This document shows positions 58,266 through 64,000 of a stretch of 64,000 bases of DNA, in pieces. The notes under the pieces were generated by a model. It saw nothing but the letters and a program-made list of their open reading frames with translations, had not been told where the DNA came from and searched no databases. Both the position numbers and the translations under genes were made by a program. Source of the DNA: Chloroflexota bacterium (GTDB lineage Bacteria; Chloroflexota; Limnocylindria; Limnocylindrales; CSP1-4); NCBI GenBank assembly GCA_040752335.1, contig JBFMEV010000014.1:575-64574 (forward strand). The letters run 5' to 3'. Each line of letters begins with the position of its first letter. Within the stretch, counting starts at the first letter, position 1.

Positions 58266-58306
58266 GCCGGTCCCGTGAGGCCGGCGAACCGGTCCCGTGA
58301 GGCCGG
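58266..58306 (+). promoter_or_regulatory. Tandem PyrR-binding-type RNA hairpins in the carAB leader
   Basis: Identical 18-mer CCGGTCCCGTGAGGCCGG at 58267 and 58289, resembling the known PyrR loop consensus ARUCCNGNGAGGYU; TGc-TACCCT at 58244; GAAGGAGG follows directly. Confidence 0.75.
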
Positions 58307-58419
58307 GAAGGAGGCTCGATGGCTGCGCTCAGCTCCATCGGCGGCGGACTTCGCCGCGCCCCGCGACCGGGCGCAACCGCCATCCCTCCGAACCCCGCTC
58401 CGGACCGGCCCATGTCCGC

Positions 58420-59577
58420 GTGATCGCACCGCCGCCGCCCCGGCCGAGCGCCGTCGTGGACCCCCGGATCGGGGATCTCGGGTCGGCGCTGCTGGCCCTC
58501 GAGGACGGCTCGATCTTCCCGGGCGTCGCCTTCGGGGCGCCGGCGGCCGCGGGCGGCGACCTCGTCGTCAACACCAGCCAGACCGGCTACCAGGAGGTCT
58601 GCACGGACCCCTCGTATGCCGGCCAGGTCGTGGTCATGACCTACCCGCTCATCGGCAACTACGGGCGGCTCCTCGCCGAGGACCAATCGCTCCGGCCGTG
58701 GCTCCGCGGGCTCGTGGTCGCCAACGCCACGGCTGCCGTGCTCGACGATGCCCGTCAGCTGGCGGCCCTGCTCCGGGGCCACGGCATCCCGGCCGTCGCC
58801 GGGGTCGACACGCGAGCCCTCGCCCGCCACCTCCGGGCGAACGGCAGCCTCCGCGGGATCATCCTCGAGCCGGGCGCGCTGGACCCGGCGGCCGCCATCG
58901 CGGCGGCCAACGCGGTTCCGCGCTGGGAGGACCAGGATTTCGTCGGCCAGGTGTCGCCGTCGTCGATCGTGGACGTCGGCCGACCCGAGGACGGCGGCCC
59001 GCTCGTCGCGATCGTCGACTATGGCCTCAAGACGAACATCGTCACCGCGATGCGGCGGCGGGGGGTCCGGGTCCGGATCCTGCCCCACACGATCCCGCCA
59101 TCGATCGCGCTGGGCCCGGATATCGATGGCGTGATCCTGTCGCCGGGCCCCGGCGACCCGGCCCGCCTGGACGGCCCGGTCGCCCTCGCCCGGGCGGTCA
59201 TCGACGACGGACGTCCGCTGCTCGGGATCTGCCTCGGCCACCAGGTGGTGGCCCGGGCCGCCGGTGCCGAGACGACCCGTCTCCGGTTCGGCCACCACGG
59301 GGCAAACCATCCGGTCCGCGACGTGGACTCCGGCCTCGTCCAGGTGACGGCCCAGAACCACGAGGTCCAGGTCGTGGGCGACTCGCTACCGGCAGCGTCC
59401 GGCTTCCGCGTCAGCCAGGTCAACCTCAACGACGGTTCCGTCGAGGGGCTTCGCCACCGGGAGCTCCCGATCGAAACCGTCCAGTACCACCCCGAGGGAT
59501 CGCCCGGGCCGCTGGACGCCCTCGCGGTCTTCGACCGCTTCGTCGCGGTGGCCCGCCGGGCCGCCGGGATCGCATGA
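58420..59577 (+). CDS. carA: Carbamoyl-phosphate synthase small subunit
   Basis: LALEDG, NTSQTGYQE..TDPSY, SPGPGDP, GICLGHQ, FGHHGANHP, QYHPE. Confidence 0.96.
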   Translation: MIAPPPPRPSAVVDPRIGDLGSALLALEDGSIFPGVAFGAPAAAGGDLVVNTSQTGYQEVCTDPSYAGQVVVMTYPLIGNYGRLLAEDQSLRPWLRGLVVANATAAVLDDARQLAALLRGHGIPAVAGVDTRALARHLRANGSLRGIILEPGALDPAAAIAAANAVPRWEDQDFVGQVSPSSIVDVGRPEDGGPLVAIVDYGLKTNIVTAMRRRGVRVRILPHTIPPSIALGPDIDGVILSPGPGDPARLDGPVALARAVIDDGRPLLGICLGHQVVARAAGAETTRLRFGHHGANHPVRDVDSGLVQVTAQNHEVQVVGDSLPAASGFRVSQVNLNDGSVEGLRHRELPIETVQYHPEGSPGPLDALAVFDRFVAVARRAAGIA

Positions 59578-62500
59578 CCGAGGCCCGCGCCGGGAAGCCG
59601 GCGTCCGTCCTCATCATCGGCTCCGGGCCGGTCGTCATCGGCCAGGCGGCCGAGTTCGACTACGCCGGGACGCAGGCCTGCCGGGCCCTCCGGGCCGAAG
59701 GCGTCCGGACGGTCCTCGTGAACTCCAACCCGGCCACGATCATGACCGACCCTGGGGTCGCCGACGCGGTCTACCTCGAGCCGCTCACGGTCGAGGCGAT
59801 CGAGGCGGTCATTGCCGCGGAGCGGCCCGAGGGCCTGCTTGCCGGCCTCGGCGGTCAGACCGGCCTGAACCTGGCGATGGACCTGAGCCGTGCTGGCGTA
59901 TTGGCACGCTACAACGTGAAGCTGCTCGGGACGCCGCTCCAGGCGATCGAGATGGCCGAGGACCGCGAGGCCTTCCGCGACCTCCTCGACCGGATCGGCC
60001 AGCCGTACGCCCCGTCGGCGATCGTGGAGGGCGCGACCGCCGCGGCTCGCGACGCGTCCGCCGCCGCCGCCCTCGCCGCCATCGGCCTGCCGGCGATCGT
60101 CCGGCCGGCCTTCACCCTCGGGGGCACCGGCGGCGGGATCGTGGAGACCGAGGACCACTACCGCGAACGCGTCCGCGCCGGCCTCCGGGCCAGCCCCATC
60201 GGCCAGGTCATGGTCGAGAAGTGCCTCGTCGGCTGGCAGGAGATCGAGTACGAGGTCATGCGCGACGCCGGCGACACCTGCATTGCCGTGTGCTCGATGG
60301 AGAACGTCGACCCGCTCGGCATCCACACCGGCGACTCGATCGTCGTGGCGCCGGTCCAGACCCTGACCGACCAGGTCCACCAGCGCCTCCGGAGCGCAGC
60401 CCTCGCGATCATCCGGGCGCTCGGCGTCGAGGGCGGCTGCAACGTCCAGTTCGCCCTCTCACCGGACTCCACCGAGTACGCCGTCATCGAGGTCAACCCG
60501 CGGGTCTCGCGCTCGTCGGCCCTCGCCTCCAAGGCGACCGGCTACCCGATCGCAAGGGTCGCGGCTCAGATCGCGGTCGGGCGACGCCTCGCCGAGATCC
60601 CGAACGTGGTGACCGGGACGACCGTCGCGGCCTTCGAGCCGGCCCTCGACTACCTCGTCGTGAAGCTGCCACGCTTCCCGTTCGACAAGTTCCCGACCGC
60701 CGACCGGAGCCTCGGCAGCCAGATGAAGGCGACGGGCGAGGTCATGGCCATCGACCGGACCTTCGGGAGCGCCCTCAACAAGGCCCTCCGCGGCCTGGAG
60801 CAGGCCGGCGCCGGGCCGCTGGCCGAGGATCCCGGCTGGGCGGGGACGGTCGACTACCTGGCCGCCGTCCTCGGCGGCGACCCCGAGACCTCGACCGAGG
60901 ACGTCGTCGTCCGCTGGATCGACGAGCGTGGCGAGGCCTGCGAATCGACCCGCTTCGCCCAGCGCTCCGCCGCCCCGATCGTCCTGCGACGCTTCCTCGC
61001 CCCGTCCGACGACCGCCTGTGGCGGGTGCTGGCCCTCTTGCGACGGGGCGTGCCAGGGGCCGACATCCAGGTGGCCACCGGGATCCACCCCTGGTTCCTG
61101 TCCGAGCTCGAACGGAACGTCGTCCTGGAAGCCGAGGTCCAGGCGATTGGCACCCGGCTCGGCGATTCCTCCGACGGCGCCGCGGCAGACCTCCTCGCGA
61201 CCGCCAAGCGGGCCGGCTTCGGCGACCGGGAGCTTTCGACGCTGGCGGGCGTGGAGCCGGAGGCCCTCCGCGCCGCGCGCCTCGACCTGGGGCTCGTCCC
61301 CGGCTACGCCATGGTCGACACCTGTGCCGCCGAGTTCGCGGCCGAGACCCCGTACTTCTACGCGACCTACGCCGCTGCGGGCTCGGCGCCCGAGGCCCCG
61401 CCGGTGAACCGGCCGGCAGCCCTCGTCATCGGCTCGGGGCCGGTCCGGATCGGGCAGGGGATCGAGTTCGACTACTGCGCGGTCCAGGCGGCCGACACGC
61501 TCCGCCGCGCCGGCTGGTCGGCGGTCATGATCAACTCGAACCCCGAGACGGTCTCGACCGATTTCGACGCCTCGACGCGGCTGTACTTCGAGCCGCTCGA
61601 TCCAGAGAGCGTCCGGAGCGTCATCGATGCCGAGAGCTCGCCCGCGGGCGAGCTCCTGCCAACGTTTGTCGCGTTCGGCGGCCAGACGCCGCTCAACCTC
61701 GCGGCACCGCTGGCTCGCGGCGGGGTCGCGCTCCTGGGCTCCGACCTCGACGCCATCGACCAGGCCGAGGAGCGAACTCGCTTCTCGGCCCTCCTCGACC
61801 GCCTCGGCATCCCCCAGCCCGAGGGCGGCATGGCCCACTCGGTCGAGGAGGCGCTGACCCTGGCCGAGCGGATCGGCTACCCGGTCATCGTTCGTCCGTC
61901 GTTCGTCATCGGCGGCCTGGCGATCGACTTCTGCTACTCGCCCGAGGACCTCGAACGCCAGCTTGCCATCGCCACCGTCGTCGATCCCGACCGGCCCGTC
62001 CGGATCGACCGCTACCTGGAGGGCATCGAGGTCGACGTCGACGCCGTGTCCGACGGGCGCGAGGTCCTCATCCCCGGTCTCCTCGAGCATGTCGAGCGGG
62101 CCGGCGTCCATTCGGGCGATTCGGTCGGGGTCTTCCCGCCCCAGACCGTCGGCGAGGGCGACCAGGGGCTCATCGTCGCGACGATGGAGCGGATCGTCCT
62201 GGCCCTCGGCGCGCGAGGCCTCGTGAACGCCCAGTTCATCGTCCGCGACGACGGCGTCTACCTCATCGAGGTCAACCCCCGGGCCTCGCGGACGGTGCCA
62301 TTCCTTTCCAAGGTCACCGGCGTCCCGATGGTCGAGCTGGCCGTCCGGATCGCCCTAGGCGCGACGCTCGAAGGGCTCGGCTGGCCGGGCGGGCTGCTGG
62401 CGGAGCCGCCGTTCGTGGCGGTCAAGGCGCCGGCCTTCTCGACGGCCAAGCTGCGGGGCGTCGATCCCTCGGTCGGGCCGGGCATGCAGTCGACCGGCGA

Positions 62501-63089
62501 GGTCATCGGGATCCACGCCGACCCGCGGGTCGCGATGGCCAAGGCCCTCCGCGGTGCGGCCCTGGTGCCGCCGCCGGCCGGAGTGGGGGAGGGCGCGGTG
62601 GTACCGGTCGCCTTGCTCTCGATCGCGGACCGTGACAAGGGGACGCTGACGCGTCTCGCGACGGCGCTCGTGACGGCCGGCTACCGGCTCGCCGCGACGC
62701 CCGGAACGGCGTCAGCTCTCGCCGCGACCGGCTTCCAGGCCGATGTCGTGGCGAAGCTGGGCGACGAGGTCTCCGCCGAGCGCCGCGGCATCCTCGACGT
62801 CATCGCCGATGGCCGGGTCCGGCTCGTCGTCAACACGCCGACGCCGCGCTCCGGGGCGGTCCGCGACGCCGCCGAGATCCGCCACGCCGCGGTCGCCGAG
62901 GGGATCCTCTGCCTGACCGCGATCGAGACCGCGATCGCCGCGGCCGAGGCCCTCGATCCGGCGCTCGCCGGGCGCCTCTCCGAGGTCCGCGCGCTGACCG
63001 ACTGGGTGCCAGCCCGGTCGGGCGGTGATGGCGGCGGGGCGCCGGCGGGGCCGTCTGCCGGGCCAGCGCTCGTCAGGACGCCGGGATGA
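59574..63089 (+). CDS. carB: Carbamoyl-phosphate synthase large subunit
   Basis: IIGSGPVVIGQAAEFDY, two ATP-grasp repeats, IEVNPR twice, C-terminal MGS-like domain. Confidence 0.97.
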   Translation: MTEARAGKPASVLIIGSGPVVIGQAAEFDYAGTQACRALRAEGVRTVLVNSNPATIMTDPGVADAVYLEPLTVEAIEAVIAAERPEGLLAGLGGQTGLNLAMDLSRAGVLARYNVKLLGTPLQAIEMAEDREAFRDLLDRIGQPYAPSAIVEGATAAARDASAAAALAAIGLPAIVRPAFTLGGTGGGIVETEDHYRERVRAGLRASPIGQVMVEKCLVGWQEIEYEVMRDAGDTCIAVCSMENVDPLGIHTGDSIVVAPVQTLTDQVHQRLRSAALAIIRALGVEGGCNVQFALSPDSTEYAVIEVNPRVSRSSALASKATGYPIARVAAQIAVGRRLAEIPNVVTGTTVAAFEPALDYLVVKLPRFPFDKFPTADRSLGSQMKATGEVMAIDRTFGSALNKALRGLEQAGAGPLAEDPGWAGTVDYLAAVLGGDPETSTEDVVVRWIDERGEACESTRFAQRSAAPIVLRRFLAPSDDRLWRVLALLRRGVPGADIQVATGIHPWFLSELERNVVLEAEVQAIGTRLGDSSDGAAADLLATAKRAGFGDRELSTLAGVEPEALRAARLDLGLVPGYAMVDTCAAEFAAETPYFYATYAAAGSAPEAPPVNRPAALVIGSGPVRIGQGIEFDYCAVQAADTLRRAGWSAVMINSNPETVSTDFDASTRLYFEPLDPESVRSVIDAESSPAGELLPTFVAFGGQTPLNLAAPLARGGVALLGSDLDAIDQAEERTRFSALLDRLGIPQPEGGMAHSVEEALTLAERIGYPVIVRPSFVIGGLAIDFCYSPEDLERQLAIATVVDPDRPVRIDRYLEGIEVDVDAVSDGREVLIPGLLEHVERAGVHSGDSVGVFPPQTVGEGDQGLIVATMERIVLALGARGLVNAQFIVRDDGVYLIEVNPRASRTVPFLSKVTGVPMVELAVRIALGATLEGLGWPGGLLAEPPFVAVKAPAFSTAKLRGVDPSVGPGMQSTGEVIGIHADPRVAMAKALRGAALVPPPAGVGEGAVVPVALLSIADRDKGTLTRLATALVTAGYRLAATPGTASALAATGFQADVVAKLGDEVSAERRGILDVIADGRVRLVVNTPTPRSGAVRDAAEIRHAAVAEGILCLTAIETAIAAAEALDPALAGRLSEVRALTDWVPARSGGDGGGAPAGPSAGPALVRTPG

Positions 63090-64000
63090 AGAGGGCCTGA
63101 CCGAGCGACCACAGCGTCAGCGTCGTCAGGCCGACCATGACGACGGCCAGCGGCACCTGGCGGATCCGGATCTCACGGGCAGCGAGGGCGCCCTGGCGTC
63201 CGGCCCGGCCCGCCGCCACCACGTGGCCCGCCCAGGCCCCGATCATGTGGCCGCCGACGACCGCGGCGAGCTGAATCGTCCAGACCAGGCCGGCCGGCAG
63301 GAACGCGTCGGTCGCCTCGTAGAACGCCGTGCCGAACAGGTTGGCGCCCTGCTGGAGCGGGTCGGAGATCGCGATGACGATCCGCTGGCCGTCCTTGACG
63401 AGCCAGGCGAAGTAGTGGGCGACGAGGTAGCCCACGGAGATCGGGAGGAGGCCCGCAGCGGTCGCGTCGACGCCAACGAGGCGGGCCACGACGAGCGCGG
63501 CGGCGACGATGAGTCCCATGAAGACCGCCAGGATGAGGGTCTGGGGCAGCGCCGCCGGGAGCCCCACGGCGTCGACCCAGATCTTGGTCTGGGACAGCCC
63601 GTCGAACAGGATCGAGCCGGTCGCGAGGCCGACGATGACGATGTCGCTGACGCTCCAGCCGCCTTCTCGCAGGCCGGTCGCGAAGTCCCGGCGCCGGACC
63701 GCTCGGTCGTCGCCGGGAATGGCCGCCAGCGGCGCCATTCGGCCGATGAGCCCGAACCAGACGCTGAAGACCTCGCCGTGCTCGAGCCAGGCGCGACGCC
63801 CGTACTGGGCCATCATCGCCAGGGTGAAGATCGTGTAGCCGGTGATGACCTGGGCCAGCGTCTGCGAGCCCCCGCCCGCCACCACGAGCTCCAGCCAGAC
63901 GATCGCGGCGAACGCGATGGCCGCGGGCCAGTGGCCGAGCCGCTCCGGGTAGGGCGCCGGCGCGATCCCGCCGATGCCCGCCGCCCGCATCGCCCGGGCG
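63073..64000 (-). CDS. Multi-pass membrane protein, 5' end probably beyond window edge
   Basis: Frame stays open to the edge; LGHWPAA, LLPISVGYLVAHY, ISDPLQQGANLFGT, GHMIGAWAGH. Confidence 0.75.
   Translation of the reverse strand, partial: ARAMRAAGIGGIAPAPYPERLGHWPAAIAFAAIVWLELVVAGGGSQTLAQVITGYTIFTLAMMAQYGRRAWLEHGEVFSVWFGLIGRMAPLAAIPGDDRAVRRRDFATGLREGGWSVSDIVIVGLATGSILFDGLSQTKIWVDAVGLPAALPQTLILAVFMGLIVAAALVVARLVGVDATAAGLLPISVGYLVAHYFAWLVKDGQRIVIAISDPLQQGANLFGTAFYEATDAFLPAGLVWTIQLAAVVGGHMIGAWAGHVVAAGRAGRQGALAAREIRIRQVPLAVVMVGLTTLTLWSLGQALFIPAS

Overview
High-GC bacterial chromosome segment, densely coding and mostly housekeeping or metabolic. Gene style and content suggest Chloroflexota, possibly Limnocylindria-like; this is an impression, not a database result. 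Content in order: an S8 protease (cut by the left edge), a BldC-like HTH protein, a class-III aminotransferase, an Lrp plus Cys/Met PLP-enzyme block that looks inserted, acyl-CoA dehydrogenase, GMC oxidoreductase, EamA, and an ECF sigma with an Ogt/Ada-Zn fusion. Next come an unusual LLM(Mer-like)-MenA prenyltransferase fusion with a CPBP protease and a divergent methyltransferase/GNAT run, and an internally deleted ABC exporter relic. A split B12 acyl-CoA mutase carries the isobutyryl-CoA-mutase signature (large subunit; small subunit plus meaB; hbd, acyl-CoA dehydrogenase and thiolase nearby). The rest holds arsR-trxA, a candidate 6S-like RNA, folE, an HTH-nuclease behind a long palindrome, a copper cluster (two-domain multicopper oxidase, PCuAC, SCO fusion), a two-component system with a MacAB-like exporter sharing an OmpR-type box, tRNA-Lys(CUU), an ECF/kelch pair, a STAND-LuxR regulator and carAB behind tandem PyrR-type hairpins. 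Many genes appear leaderless (TANNNT 6-9 nt before the start codon). No CRISPR array, rRNA, integrase or transposase was seen. Best leads for new biology: the LLM-MenA/CPBP/methyltransferase locus, the ECF plus Ogt-Ada pair, and the palindrome-associated HTH-nuclease with REP-like elements.
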